NCBI GenBank assembly: GCA_903813345.2 | Contig: CAIIXF020000001.1 | Location: forward strand, 25,978,001-26,042,000 | Length of the DNA: 64,000 nucleotides | Reading direction: 5' to 3' | From: Owenia fusiformis | Lineage: Eukaryota | Shown: piece after piece, positions 49,598 to 64,000 of the stretch | Numbering within the stretch: position 1 is the stretch's first letter | Layout: each line of letters begins with the position of its first letter | Program-made: the position numbers and the translations under genes | Notes under the pieces: generated by a model | The model's database searches: none | Seen by the model: the letters and a program-made list of their open reading frames with translations, nothing else | What the model was told of the DNA's origin: nothing

Positions 49598-52500
49598 TTT
49601 GCAATGAGGTTGCAAAGGATCCTAGATTAAACCACAGTCTCGACCATAGAAAACAACTCCAATGTGACAAGCGAAAAAACTAAAGGCAGGACCATTTGCA
49701 AAATACTCTACATTTGGCATAGACTGAGATGTAACATGATTGGAAGGGCCAAAGTTCCCATGGCATTTTGTCAAAGCAAATGGCAATATTATACACATGT
49801 ACCAAATTCATACAATTGCAAAATAAACATTTTACAATCTTTGTGGCCAAATCGTCCCATAAAACATAAAGGAGAGAGATGTAAACAGATATCCGGAGCT
49901 TTCCACTCAGAAATAGTCATGAATAAGGTCTCATAATTCATAATAACATAGATATATAGATACATAATTCACCTCCTTATATTATTGTGGTAAGGTACTA
50001 GGGGTCAGAATAGCTTGATGCAAGACTAATGTTGACTGAAATTGGTCAATTGGTCGAGCAACATTTGTTTTTTTTCTTGTCCATGTGTTATCGCATCATC
50101 ACAGCATTAGGCAAATTAATTCAAAATAAAGCCTACCGAGACCGCAAGTGATTTTTTATATAATACTGAAGTCAAGTCAATATGCATAGTGTGAGAACCT
50201 CCAAAATGTTCAAAGTTTCACCCCCAGAACATGCGTTCACTTTCAGGTCAAACTCGAGGTGAAAACAACAATTAAACTTAGCCATTTTCATTTATTTAAA
50301 TCAAACCAAACAACTGAATTTACCGCAATATGACAAGAAAAAAGTCATAAACACAAATAATATATGGCATTTCCTTTATAAATTAAGTGAATAGAATTCA
50401 GGATTCAGTGATCATAAAGCGCCATATCTGACCACAAATCACAATCAGGTTAGACCTGTCATTGTTCTATTTATTAACATGATTGATGGAAAACTGAAGG
50501 CTGTTTCAAATTTTCTACATTATGCTACGTCTTATGAATTGTTTGTTTCTCTATAACCTACCTGTTATATTATGTTTTATTTAATAGATACTAAAATTAG
50601 TTTTAATGATGTGATAAAGACAGACAAAGGAAGAAGAGTGATATCTTGTTATGGGATACGGCTAATGCATCAGAATATAAGCTTAGCCCCATAGATTATC
50701 GTCATCAAGCAAAAAGAAAAACACAAAGGGCAACATTTAAAGAAAATATATTAAACAACTTAAATCTAATTGCACTAGTATGGTGAATACTATCCGCTTA
50801 TTATCATTGATTTTACAAATAAAATCTAAAATGGTTGTTGGTAAAAGTAAAAAGCATAAATGCTTATTCTTCGCTTATTTTATGCAATTGTGTATCTTAA
50901 ACTTTAAGAGTCACACTGACCGATCTAAGCTTCGTCTTGCAATACTATCCACAACCCATAATATACATTTGTAAGTATGATTGAAAGATTTGTCTCAACT
51001 TCTAATGAGATAAGTCTACAATTCATAACCTACCTGATGCCTGGGAGGTGATTCTACATTAAAAATAGAGATTAATTAATAAAAAAACATGCTGAGGAAA
51101 GACAGGCAGTTAAACAGGAAAGACAAGACTGATCCATTAGTTGTATTATACTCCTCCCATCCTCTTACTCTATCTCTCTTCTGAAGTACTCATTATTTTC
51201 TTACTCTGTGATAATTAATTTTTCATCCAGGTTTCTTCTGCCGAGTATTCGCCAGTGGCTCAAAAATCGTTCCTGTACTTATTTCCTATGCTTGGAATTC
51301 GTGTATCCTGTCACAATTTGTTTAGTAAAACTGCAGACATTGCATTATCTTCAACACACTCCATTGCATTCGGCTTGTAATACAAACTTGATTCCAACGA
51401 ACTGTTCTGAATCTCACGATATATCAGACTGGATACACTTTCTATAAATCACCAATATGCCAATCTTGTAATCATTTGTAACCCCGGGCTAAATGATAGC
51501 AAGATGAAAGTGAAAATTGAGGCTTGACAAATGCAATATATAATGATTATAGTATTTCATGCTATTCCTTGTTTCTCAAGAATTTGTCTCTGATTACATT
51601 TTTAGATTCAATGTTAATTCTTGTAATTTTTGATTGTTAATAGCGTAGCAGATTCCTAGAATATCTAGCGTATGTATATGGATGTCTCAGTCGATCACCA
51701 TGTCCTGATGTGCAGTTTATCTAAACCATCAATCAATTGAACATAAACTGCATTCTCTAGCTAGAGTCCTTCAAAACTGGCAACAATAGCTTAGCTAGTA
51801 TGGGGTGGCCCTTGGCATGTTTAAGCATCTACTTCAGTCAGCTAACTACTATGTTTTCCAATAGCATCTGCATCTATAATCAATTAGTCAATTTTCTTTC
51901 TTGTCATGAGTAAATAATCCTGCTATGTGATGACAATGGTAAGAATGTATACCTCTGTAAGATTGCATATAAATGGTTATATCAGTTAGAAACATACTAA
52001 TATTGCCAGAGTGTATGTTTCTGGCTTTCTGGCACAAGGAACACTATGTACACTTATCATGTCCGAGTCTAACTAAAGTGTTATATCACGTAAGTGTCAA
52101 GACACGACAGTTTAATGTCATATGACATCACTGAACCACTCAACAAACAAATGTTATCTGAGACTTACATTTCAACCTTTGCTGATAAGTCTCTGATTTA
52201 ATTGCAAATCTGTTGATTTCCATACGCTTTTAAAGGTCATCACATACTTGATTCATATTTTTATGTCACTGTAGATAATTGCTTATCGTTTACATCAAAA
52301 ATCTGATTATTTCAACGAATAAAGATCAAGATTTAGAGACACAAATCAATGGTAGTTATGGTATTCTGATGTTCCAAACCATTTCATGTTCAATATCACC
52401 ATAGAAAATGAAACAAAAAAAACATTAAAATATCATTAAAGACAGGAAGCCCTTTAGCACCTTCGAACTTGTTGTGGAAGCTTCCTTAAATAAGTGGCTT

Positions 52501-52769
52501 TTAAGAATGAATTTCTTTTAAATAAAAAGGAAATTTATCAAGAATAGTTGATGATGTTCATTGTAAATAATTAAGTTACAAATACAAATTATAGTAGACA
52601 ATTTAATTGTCAATAAAGTCATATATGCGAAGGGACTATCGTTTGTTTTATCTATAATTGATAATATGTCATGATCTATTAAGGTATAACAGAGAGTCAA
52701 CATCCTTCTTATATACAAATATCCTTAGGGTTGATAGTTTAAAATATCAACTCAGAAAATTGTCTAATA

Positions 52770-53078
52770 TATTGAGGTAATACATAATTAAAATGTATTA
52801 AGGTCAAAGTTAAATGTATTAAGGTAATTTATGATAAAATATATGAAGATATTGAGGAAATACATGGTCAAATGTAGTAAGGTCATACATAGTCAAATAT
52901 ATTGAGCCAATATGTGGTCATATATATTAATGTAATACATGGTAAAATGTAAGATCATGAAACATATTGAGGAAACATGGTCAAATATATTAAGATCATA
53001 AATGGTAAACATACTGAGATAATGCATGGTCAAATAGACTGAGATGGTCAAATATATTGAAGATATGGTATGGTCAAA
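52770..53078. repeat. Old degenerate ~25-bp tandem repeat (ATACATGGTCAAATATATTGAGG-like)
   Basis: Recurrent CATGGTCAAAT and TATTGAGG/TATTAAGG motifs. Confidence 0.7.
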
Positions 53079-56000
53079 GTAGAATGATTGTGAAGCTCAA
53101 AATCGACAATAAATCAAAAAGGTCAAAAATCAAATTTGACTCTTAGAACTATATTATGTATCAAGACTGACTCGGGGCAATTATGAAGTATTACAATGTC
53201 AATATGAGTATATTTCAAAGTCATAGTTTTTGATTTATATGTTATGTTTTATTTCTGTCCAGTGTTAACCTCACCTTAGTTACGTGATATAAATCACTAG
53301 GATATTCAAATTATTTTGTATATTTTGAGTGTTTTGTGTCAGTGTTTAAACAAAGATCAGAACAGGCCAAAAACAATTTTTACATATAATAGTCACAGAC
53401 AGATTGTTGGCAGACAGATGCACAGACTGACTGACAGATGAGCTGATGGGTGAGTGGGCAACTCCATTGTCTTATATTATTGTATGTACTATGTGAACCA
53501 AAAATACCTATATGAATAATAAAAATAGATGTCGGATGATAAAAAATAGACAGAAGTACTAGCAGGAGCACTACATGCTATTAAGTTGACAAACTGAATG
53601 AAATGCAGACAGAGATAATACCAGGTTGTGAATGAAGCAGTTAATCAAAAACAAGTCTTTTAGTATTTTTGGTTTTTGTGAGTTTCCTCTATACTATGGT
53701 ATTACACAAATATGTGATGTTTACATAAAGTGGCAATTGGATGCCAAAGCAGTTATCTTGTACCAGTATCCACTTGATTAGCTCCAACACTGCTTACCAC
53801 TTTAATGAATTACTTCAACAGAAAAGAAATAACATGCAATCTCTTTTTGGCATCCTGTCCATAAAATTTTGTTGAAATTATGAATCAGTAACAGAAAAAC
53901 TGAAAATAAATGCATAAATGTTGACACTATCTCCATCAATAATATTAATTCATATGCATTTCTCAAAGAATAGGAGGAAACCTCCAAACACCCAGTAAAA
54001 TTCTGTTGGAGTTTGGTTTTCATAAAAATAATAGTGAATATAGAAAGCTTTTACAGAGATTTCCAGGGTGGTTTAGATTGTTGAATTACCAAACTTGGCA
54101 CATTCTGATTGTACATCATTCAAAGTGTGACCATTTTGGCACAATTTTCATGTTATATCTCTATAGACTCGAAACCTATAACAAGATAGGATAATATTAT
54201 TCCAAGTTATTAGGCCTTAATGAATATATCTCAGCTCTGGGATAATCTGACTTTCTAATACATGGTAACAAACTAAAAGTGCCTTCACTAAGAATAATTG
54301 GTAAATTGACCTATTGCTTTCCGCAAGTACGCCAGTTCTGCTTGCTTCTCATATACCCCAGAGTCATACATAGAAATATGCCATATAAGGACAAATTTCT
54401 GCGATGTGCAACAAATTCGATGACTAAGCCAAATTAATAAGAAATGTATAATAAGATAATATTATGCTAATTCAAGGCTAATATTATTCTATTCTCTGTT
54501 ATAGGTCATTGAAAAAACAATGGGTCCTAATGCAAAAGCACCCTTGATCCAAGGGTATTTCAATTTATTATGGGCTGATCAAGTGATGCCTGATCTTGAA
54601 GGATGATACGAAAGTCCTTTAAGAGAAGTTTCAATGTGACCAGAAATCTACAGAATCTCAATTTGCATCTTGGACATTACGATGATAGTCATAATAAACC
54701 AGAAAATGCCATTTGTCAGAGATGCCAAACACCAACCACTGGATGCTGAACACTGACCGTTGTACACCAGCCAACAAAACACCATCTACAGAAAAGTTGG
54801 AGACTACAACAATACGTCACCACTTCTGGAGATGACCTAAAAAGCACTCCTTACATATAATTTTGTCTGAAGTATTTTAACATCCATTTATGAAGAAATC
54901 AAAAGTTAATCAATTTTGGGATTTTCATTAAATCCTTTGTGTGGGATACTATGAAATTGATTATCTCAAGAATCAGTAAACAGTTTTATTGGTTGAGGCT
55001 AAGCAGAATGCATCCTTTACCTTAATGTTTGAATAGAATGTTTAGAGTGAAATAATTTATTACAGTAAACATAAACATTCTCACTGATGTAATGTATTAC
55101 CTAGAATAATCGGATATTTGGTTATTTCCTAACATGTATTTAATTACATTTCAGATTACCACTCCCCAAATCCTCAAAGAAATGTATTTAGTGATCTCCA
55201 AGTTAGAACTTATAAGTTGCTTCCTTAAGAAATCAATGAATGCTCACCAAAACAAAATGGATGTACATCAATATATCGGTCCTTGTCTCTAACTACAACA
55301 TTTCCAATATCCTGTTAATTTTTAACAGTTATTTTTGGGTCATGCAACGGGAAATTAGATACATGGAATTTAACTAGGACAATTAATCAAAAGAGCATTC
55401 AATGAAAACAAAGGTTACAAGCCTGCTATCAATGAATAATTACCAGTATATTATTCTATGTTCCTACTAATTCTGCTTCAAACTGCGAAAGAATTATCCC
55501 AGTATTACATATAACACTAGTGAATATGACTCATATACTTTGGTCATTTAAAGAAACAGGTACATCTTCCTGTATCTATGTTAATCATTTGACAATTTCG
55601 TTGATTTTATAAGTTTTAAAATATGAAGCTAATCAAGTTATCGATAAACACATATACTGTTAAGCTTTGGTAGTGCCATCTATACAACTACAAGGAAAAT
55701 TTCAACAAGATAAATCTATTCATTTTCACACGGTTCAGTCTTCCTGCATTTTCACACATTCTGCATAATATTATTCACATTTTCTAGCTCACATATTCTG
55801 CATATTATTCACATTTTCTCAGAATTCACATATTTCTTTTGTGCAACATTGATCTATCACTCACATGCAAAAGACTTAAAAGCTGTGCAGTATATGATAA
55901 ATTAGCTTCGCTCAGGTAGGTTGTCGATAGAGCTTGCTAAATGTTTTCCTATCTGGGAAAAAGCTTGTCAACATATGGAAACATTTAGGTTATCTGTTGG

Positions 56001-57982
56001 CATCAGGAACTAAACTGGCTAGGAATTGCTATAATTCTGGTTTTATTTCAAATGTGTAAATGGAAGAGCAGAATACAGAAACAAAATGCTATATTGCTTG
56101 GTCAAAAGTGTTTGAGAGTGCTATAATAAAAGCCTCTGAATACCTAGATTAAAGTTAATCTAGGAACAATGCAACACAATAAATTCATAGCAAAATGGGT
56201 TTCTGTCTGAAACAGATCAACTATGTAATGGATTTTCACAGTATACATGTATATAGCACTTCAACCAGTACAAAGATCTCAAGTTCTTCGTATTAGATAA
56301 CAGTTCACTTGTTTAGATTCAAGAAATGAAAAATGACCATATCCTATAGGCAAGATAGAAAGACCATGTTGAAGGCTCTGGCTCATCCTAGGTGGGTACC
56401 AGGGCATAGCAGTGTTTCTCAGCACTTTCCCCAATAAATGCTTTTTTAACACCTCATCACCCTTTAGAAGACATTGCTTATATCAGACAAGGGTGAATCA
56501 GTTTTCCACTTGTGATAATATGAACTTATAACTCTGCTGCATGTTTTACTTGGTTCTGAATCAAAATAACTGTCTATTCTAATACATCCTCTTCTGACAT
56601 TGCTCTACCTTACTGAAATTATAAATTACACTTGTAAAACATATAAAATCTGTTCTATATGAGGATGTATGCCTACTTATGAATGCCCAGCAAACATCTA
56701 CAAGTGTTTCAAGGGTACCTGCCTCATATACATGTACAATGCCATCTGAAATTCAATCAGATTCTATCAAAGAGAGAAATTCAAAGATGTATAGAAAAAA
56801 TAACAGAACGTAAGCTAATGGAATCAGGAACTGATTCTTTATACCATTGGAAAGCCAACCAATAAATATACAACTTGATTATCATAACACTAATGATATA
56901 GTTTCCAGTTTCAAATTATTTGTGAGGGATGCTAATTTTACATCATCACTTGGCAAATTGTATGTTTTGCACTGATATACAGCTTTTTTATGTCTGAGTT
57001 AATTTACCAGTAAACCTTGTTCTTGGTATATAGATCTGTAGAAATTATCTCAGATAATCACACTTAGAGAGAAGCAATAAATAATACTCTCTTGAAAAAG
57101 CTGCTCTTTTACTAAATGCTATAATACGGCAACATCAGAATTTGTAAAACATGTAGGTGTTTATAAATCTTGAGCTATGAATCCATGTATTTTAATAAAT
57201 TGCTTCAAAAACAATTGTTCTGTGATGCAAATGTTTTGTTTGTACTTGTATGAGGGGGACAATGCCTGTTAGGCCTGAGGTAGCACCTTAATCTAATTTT
57301 CTCAAACCACTTTTGCCTAATTCTATGTCACTACCGCTTACAAGATACTTTGCTTCACTAGCATTCTGAAGTTTTAATGAGTGAACAATTCCATATGACA
57401 ACCATTTGAGCCCAAAAATGCAGATTTGGAGAGATTTTGAGATTTCCATAAAATATAGAGAAAACTTTGTTTTTGATCAAAAAAATTATTGCGGATCTAC
57501 ATCAGTGAAAAAACCTGGTGAGTCCCATGACACATACTGTATAAATCTTGAGAGATAATTTCTAAAATACAAGTATAAGTTCAATGTATATGTACATGTA
57601 ACAAATGTAATAAGAATGTCATAAGAAACATTGACACCAATTCTTGGTACAAGATAGTAAATTATCTCTTATCGTCATTAGTAATTGTGTTGTTTTTAAC
57701 AACAGATTTAATGCTACTATTTTAATATTGAAGTACAGGTAATACATGAGGACTCAATTTCCAGTGGCATAAAAGGTGTCTCTTTGCAACTGTTTTTCAA
57801 TTGTTCAGACACATGAACATACACAGCCTACAGATGTTAATAGATTTTCAAATCAAAATCAGGTGAGAAAATTGAATCACTTCAACAAATATCAGATATT
57901 CAAATGAACCACTACTTTACTGGACACACACAAAACATGTGGTAGCACAACAATGCATATGCCTGTATCTGTACAAGTTTAA

Positions 57983-58345
57983 AGGGGCAACAAGGACTGT
58001 AGAGAGAAAATTCGAATTTTTTTATTTTTTCTGAGCTATCCGGTCAATGTTTGGCTTAACATCTTCCTTGACATAACTATTTTCTTAAATGTATGGATTA
58101 ACTCTCAATTTCAGCATTAAGAAGTGTAAATTCAGCTCAAAGCTTCTATAAAGGGAGTCCTACTCATAGATTTTTAAGATTCACCATATTTCAAGAGGAA
58201 TATCAGCTGAAATAATGTTCATCCAGGGGGTTTCTTTGTAGATAATAAAAATATATGTTAGTCTTGATGAAATATCCAAACTTAAATATATTTTGACACT
58301 GGTCGATGATCGTTGAATGGCCCCCCTGCACTGATTGTTGCAACT
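57983..58345. mobile_element. TTAA-flanked non-autonomous element (Kolobok-like)
   Basis: TTAA|AGGGGCAACAA ... TTGTTGCAACT|TTAA. Confidence 0.6.
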
Positions 58346-58401
58346 TTAATAAAAACTGAAAATCCAAAATGAAAACAATCAGCAATTAATAAATCTCTTA
58401 C

Positions 58402-58447
58402 CTGCCAGCTTGCTAATGTCAAAGACTAAAGGTCCTCCTAAATCTAT
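58402..58447 (-). CDS. Candidate small internal exon (IDLGGPLVFDISKLA; phase 0 in, phase 1 out)
   Basis: Acceptor CTGCTTTATAG|, open frame, strong donor CAG|GTAAGA. Confidence 0.35.
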
Positions 58448-60373
58448 CTATAAAGCAGTGCAGTTCGAAACTTGTGTGTTTGAGAAGCTCCTGTAGAGCA
58501 TTGCACCTGGCCACAAGCTGCTGGGTCTGCCCATGTAAGTGAATTAGCAGCTTCTGTAAGTAAGCACAAACGCCATGTTGATGATGTTGTAACACACTAT
58601 CTCATGGGATATTTTAGGACTTGGAGAAATGAAAGAATATTTATATACAGTCTTCGAGCCTGTTGAGAAAGAGAAAAACAAGTGTATTGACTTAGCTCTA
58701 AAATTCTTATATATTGGTATCAAATTATGGCAAAGATACTGACTAGTATTCAGTTTAAAGTAATTAATTTTTAATGTTAAAATAGACCCATTCTTTATGT
58801 GATAGTTTTGTCTATCACATTTGATTTGAATTTTGTATAGTCTAGATAAAACATTGAGCTTGACTTAGTAGTCTATGAACCGAACTGTTCTTTGATGTTA
58901 AGATGTGATATAGTTTGACTTTAATATGTGTGACAATACAGCTAAGTTTTATTAGTTGTGACATTTAAAGATGATCTAGTTTGAATTTATTACCATCAGT
59001 TACCACATTAAGGCTTAAGTTAGCATGACATCTCAAGGTTTGAGATTAAATCATGAAAAGTAAAAGTTTGAACTTGACCTGACTTTTTGACAATTATATG
59101 CATACAATTTAATAACTCGAAAAGTGGCAACTCCCAGAGTATCAAATACCATCCAACCAAAAAAACAACATCAAATCAATGTCACCAAACATCATCAAAT
59201 TGCTCATTATTTTCTATATTGCATGATAGAAACAACCAGGCACTAGTACAGTAGGATTGCATCCCTCTGACAAGATCTACACATGTGAAGTCACTTAAGT
59301 AGAGGTGATGAAGATTTGGCACCAAAAGCATGTCGTCTAGTTACATTCGTACGACATGTTGAGAATGGGATGTGTTTCTTTGAACCACTTTCATGGATGG
59401 ACGAGTTCATTTCCTGCTTATTTATCAACCAATTTTCTTAATTTGTTTACAAAACGCATGTGAGAATGAATGAATGCTATATCCATTGGTGTGAATTATT
59501 TCTTATGAGGGAGGTTAAGTTACACATTTTTAAGTGAGTGTGTAATATTTGGACTCCAGGGATTACTCTCCTACACTCAATTCACTTTCCCGGGGACTTA
59601 ATTACAGTTATCTTCCGTATACTTTTATACTCAATTCAATTGGCCAAGTAAAGACTATAAATGAGAGAACTAATTCATAATTCATGTTCACATAGAAGTT
59701 CATAAAGAAATATGTAACTTAACATCCCTAAAAAAGATAAGTGTGACCAGGAAAATTTAGTTTATAAAAAAAATTAGAGATTTTACGAGGAAAAAAAACA
59801 CTTTTTGAAATTAAAATAAAAAAGTTTCACAACATTGGGCAAGACTACAATATATAAGCCAAAATTATTTCAACTTTATATGGGGCCTTTAAGCTTAAAT
59901 ATGTTGAAGACTTAAACACTGCCACTGGAGTTTGAATATCATTATAACAATACTTGTAATGTCCATCTTCCGGTGAAATACTTGGTTCAAAGATGAACTT
60001 AATAGCGACATTATAACTAAATTGTATTATGCCAGGCAACAGAATATTGTTTGAGTTTGAATAATGGCTGCCAATACTCCTTGTGTTAAACCAGTTCGGA
60101 ATCTACATGAACATTTGAAGACAATGTGAAAAAATGACTTATTTTTTGTGTCACTTAGAATCAATTCAGAACATTGTTAACCAGATAGAAGTGTGCAAGT
60201 TGAACATATTTCATTTCATATTTTATTTTTATGGGTATGAATATAATGGAGTGTAAATAGCAACAATAGATGACCTGATTACAAAAAAGAAGTCATCGAT
60301 GTTGATAATTGACACATACTTTTTTACTCAATTAGAGAATTTTGGCAGTGACTTCACCAGTTCATATATTGCT

Positions 60374-60876
60374 GAATTGACCTTTTGCGATCAGAATTCA
60401 GGAATTTTGTTTATGGATACTGTTGTCACGTATTTCGTCTTATTGATGTGACGTCATATAGAAATGATATTAGACATGATGGAATCACGAAATGGCGGAC
60501 ACGTGGCAGTTTTGAGCAAAAAATATTGTAGTTTCTTCTATGAAAACCATGGGTCGGATATTTACCAGGTATGCCGATTTGACTAGATCATGAGTATATC
60601 TATATATGTGCGAACTTTGGGTGAAATTCATACTAAACATCGATGCCTATAAGCGCCCCCCGTTTTTGTCAAAATCGGGGGGCGCTTAACCACTATCTAA
60701 ATCATGTCAGTACGATAGACTTGGTATGTGCTTAGGATGAATGTTGATCTAGTCAAATCGAAGGCTTTCGTGAAAAATAAATCAATAAAACACGAAATAT
60801 AGAAGATAAACTGGATGGCCTAACTGTGATGTCACTAAAAGATAGAATCCATTCGGTGATCGCAAATCATCAATTC
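60374..60876. mobile_element. TIR element with an internal GC-rich hairpin
   Basis: GAATTGACCTTTTGCGATCA versus the reverse complement of the right end GAATTGATGATTTGCGATCA; hairpin TAAGCGCCCCCCG / CGGGGGGCGCTTA at 60650-60688. Confidence 0.65.
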
Positions 60877-62799
60877 TTTGGGGTTATGCACTGTGCAACT
60901 ATATCTCATATTCATATCTCATAATCATATTGATGGATGGTAATTTGAACCTCTGGAGAATTTTTGGATGTTTCTTCACCTGTTCATATAATTTCTACAG
61001 TGCAACTCAATTAGGTTGTATGTCAATCAAACCAAAATAATTTAGTAAAAATGATCACATAACAATATTTTATAGAAAAATACATTCCTATTTGAGCTGC
61101 AAAATGTTTGTATATTTCAAAAAAATTAATCTTCTACTGTACTCTTGGTATATTTCGCGTGCGATTTAGTTATTGTGCTTTTTGCGATTGTAGTAAAATT
61201 GCAACAATTAATCTTCGGGAAATTGTCAATTAAATCTCCGGGGATTTGTGAAATTACCTGGGACTCCATTGTATTTTGTGACTTGTACATTTCTCCAGTG
61301 TTATTAGGCGATAAATGGGATACTAAGCAACAATGTCTGTTACAGTGGCTTATTAGATTAAATAAACTAAAAATGACGATGTAATAGAGGTTAAGGTGCA
61401 GCATACCATTGACCAAGATCTAGTTGTAATTGTAAATCTTATCCAAATATGACATTAGGTAGGTGTACTTACTGTACATGAGGTAACCTTACAGAGCTTG
61501 AGGATTCAGAGAATAACGCAAAATCAACTGGGAGTACAGTATATGGTATCTGCGGTCTCTTGTCACAATTTTTGAAAGTAACATGTCAAAGAAGCATAAA
61601 AATGCAAACATTTGCATCTAAATTTTAAATGTATGTTCCATATAATATTTTACTATGGTCCTTTGAATCGCATTGTAGACTAGAGCCAATATGTCCAAAT
61701 CGGAACAGGGGGATAATTCCAAACAGGTTGCAAACAATAGCAAGCACTCATTGAGTTTAATAATAGTACGTCTTTAGGCTCTATATAATATCTATATACT
61801 GAAAGATACCATATAATAAAAACAATCTAACAATAAAATAATTAATTATGATGATTAGGTGTTCAGAATTACCCCAATGCTAGTGTTTGGAATTACCCCC
61901 ACAAACTCTATGCCTTTAAATACTACTAAATAATATGTCACTTATAAATCAATTAAATTTAGGATTCTTAACATGCAGTGCTGACAGGATCCTGTATCAT
62001 TAGTTCAAGGTACCACATAATTGCTGGAATTACACCATGCGTTTTAGAAAGGCGCCTAAGGTTTTAACCCGGATTGAAAAATAGGTGTAATCACGATTGG
62101 GGATTAACAAAAGTGCTTTTCCAAAACTCCTAGAACCCTAGTCACTAAAAAACGCCTTAAATCATTAGGCGCTTTTGGAGTGTAGTGTAATGCTGATCAT
62201 ATTTTGTAAAACGCCTTACCCGGGTTTTTACCATTTGCCCTAAACGACATAAGACGTATTTCGAATGCTACACATTTGGGCCACTGCAAAAATACAGGAA
62301 ATGATGGATGGGACCCAAAAATGCAATAGGTCATCAAATTATACCACAAAAATTCAAAGTAAGTTCACATCACTGGCAAAAGTCTCGGTTACATTTTCTC
62401 ATAGATGCTAAAAGAATACATTTATTGTAGATGTACACATCTGCTGAAATTTTTTAGAAATGTTGGTGTAATCAGGAATGGCAATTTTGTAAAATTATAC
62501 CACAGATGTGCAGTACATTTGGTGTTCGGAATCAACATACTGACTCTGTCGCTTTCCTTTGCATATTCTTTGCACTTATGCATATGCATAGATTCTTTTT
62601 GATGAATCTTTCAATAAAATCTTTAAGATGAGTAAGCTTGGAGTGAACCATGCGTGTACAATATTCCTAACCCCATAAATGTGGGGTTGATTTTTCAAAT
62701 CCCCCACAACTACCTGTGTATTGAAAACCAGGGGTTGAAAAAAGCTGGATTAGTGGTTATTTAAATAAAATTCAGCTACCGACTTCTGAGAACATTTTC

Positions 62800-63010
62800 A
62801 ACGCCAAAATTCCAATACACGAGTAGTGAAGGTGATGCAAGGGAAAGATCAATACCCGGTGATTTCAGCGGGAAGTGGCGTTTCGTTCAGTGGATGAGCT
62901 GCGCGCGCACGCATAAATGTGATTATCCAATATAATTAGGGGAGGGCTATTTGAAGTAGTTTTTGGTCTCAGGCGCGACCCAGGGCTTTTGTCTTAAGGA
63001 CATTTCGTTG
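62800..63010. promoter_or_regulatory. CpG-rich promoter, possibly bidirectional
   Basis: GCGGGAAGTGGCG (E2F/ETS-like), TGCGCGCGCACGCA (NRF1-like), CCAAT, GGGGAGGG (Sp-like), TTTGAA (CHR-like); divergent ATG-plus-donor mini-exons flank it. Confidence 0.55.
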
Positions 63011-63013
63011 AAA

Positions 63014-63036
63014 ATGAGCCATTCGGCTGATAATTG
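63014..63036 (+). CDS. Candidate first coding exon of a divergent plus-strand gene (MSHSADN, phase 2)
   Basis: gaaaATG immediately downstream of the promoter motifs; donor TTG|GTAAGA. Confidence 0.45.
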
Positions 63037-64000
63037 GTAAGAGTTTGCGATCTTATAATGTATAACTGTTACTCAGACACATATTTTGACACGATTCTGT
63101 TGGAAATAAGCTTTGAACCGAGAGATATTCACGATTGATATGCACATTTTTGATTGTGCCATTGCTTTTCTATTGCACAATCCATGTATTGATAGAAGAA
63201 ACATTAATAATGCAGATTGGTTTACCTTCAATACATGGCAGACACTACATATCGGTCTATTAATACCAGTTTGTGCCTTAAATAGTTTTATATTTCCATC
63301 CACGGCCTGGAGCCTGGGTGTGTTTGTCTCTTATGTGTATGCTTGTGCATGGACTTCTAATAACTAGCAGAATTTAACATGATGCAAACTCGACATTATA
63401 ACTCATGCTGTAACATTTTGACTTCGCTGGAAAACAATAGGAATTATTATTCTTGCCAATCAATCATGAATCACAATCAAAATTTCAGAATGATCAATCA
63501 GGCAATTGTCTAAATCAAGTTATAACATTATATGATATTCAGCAAGAAGTCCGGTAGAAATACAGAATATTTAAACATCAAAGCTGAAAGTTAAAAGCTA
63601 ATCTGTCAATTTTCTGTCTGCAAAAGAGCGTTTACATTTGACACAATAACAGACTGAGGCTTTGAAATCTAGGATTCCCCAGGAAAATATGACGTCATAC
63701 TAATTAGCATAAGGATTTCCCTATTGGTATGGGTCGAGCCTTGTTCGAAAACACAATCCATAAATACATGCTAATTTCTAAGGAGATAGGAAGTGTATAA
63801 CGTGTTTATCGATTTTGTTTAAAGATTTAATCAATTATCAAATTGTTTAAGTGGATAAAGTGGTCACACTTGCTTCAATTCATAGCGAAATCGACGGATA
63901 GAAACTGACCGAATTTCCGATATCCTACCCCGTATTACTGTAGGCTATAAGCACAGTGACCTACAGAGGGCGCTATCACAAACAAGTACTGCACGAACCG

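Noticed and set aside
61855-62290. Repeat-like tract with GAATTACCCC and AAACGCCTTA motifs
   Set aside because: Probably a transposon remnant, but no termini or TSD could be defined.

Overview
AT-rich eukaryotic (animal, probably lophotrochozoan invertebrate; inferred from the repeat families) genomic DNA. There are no prokaryotic operons, rRNA or CRISPR arrays. Most of the window reads as the long 5' region of one minus-strand gene. At least six separate ATG-initiated exons (49597, 46874, 28653, 21951, 15061/15040, 10597) each follow an in-frame stop and end in a phase-1 GT donor, which suggests a large array of alternative first exons spliced to shared exons left of the window. The gene cannot be named from this window. 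A CpG-rich, possibly bidirectional promoter lies at about 62.8-63.0 kb. The intronic DNA is dense in non-autonomous mobile elements: six AcademH-like TACCCT...AGGGTA elements with 9-bp TSDs, several CAG/CAT-ended MITEs with 5- or 6-bp TSDs, TTAA-flanked Kolobok-like elements, foldback elements, a Helentron/HINE-type element carrying a satellite array, a 5'-truncated LINE, a tRNA-derived sequence and several minisatellites. Most short ORFs in the supplied track are spurious.
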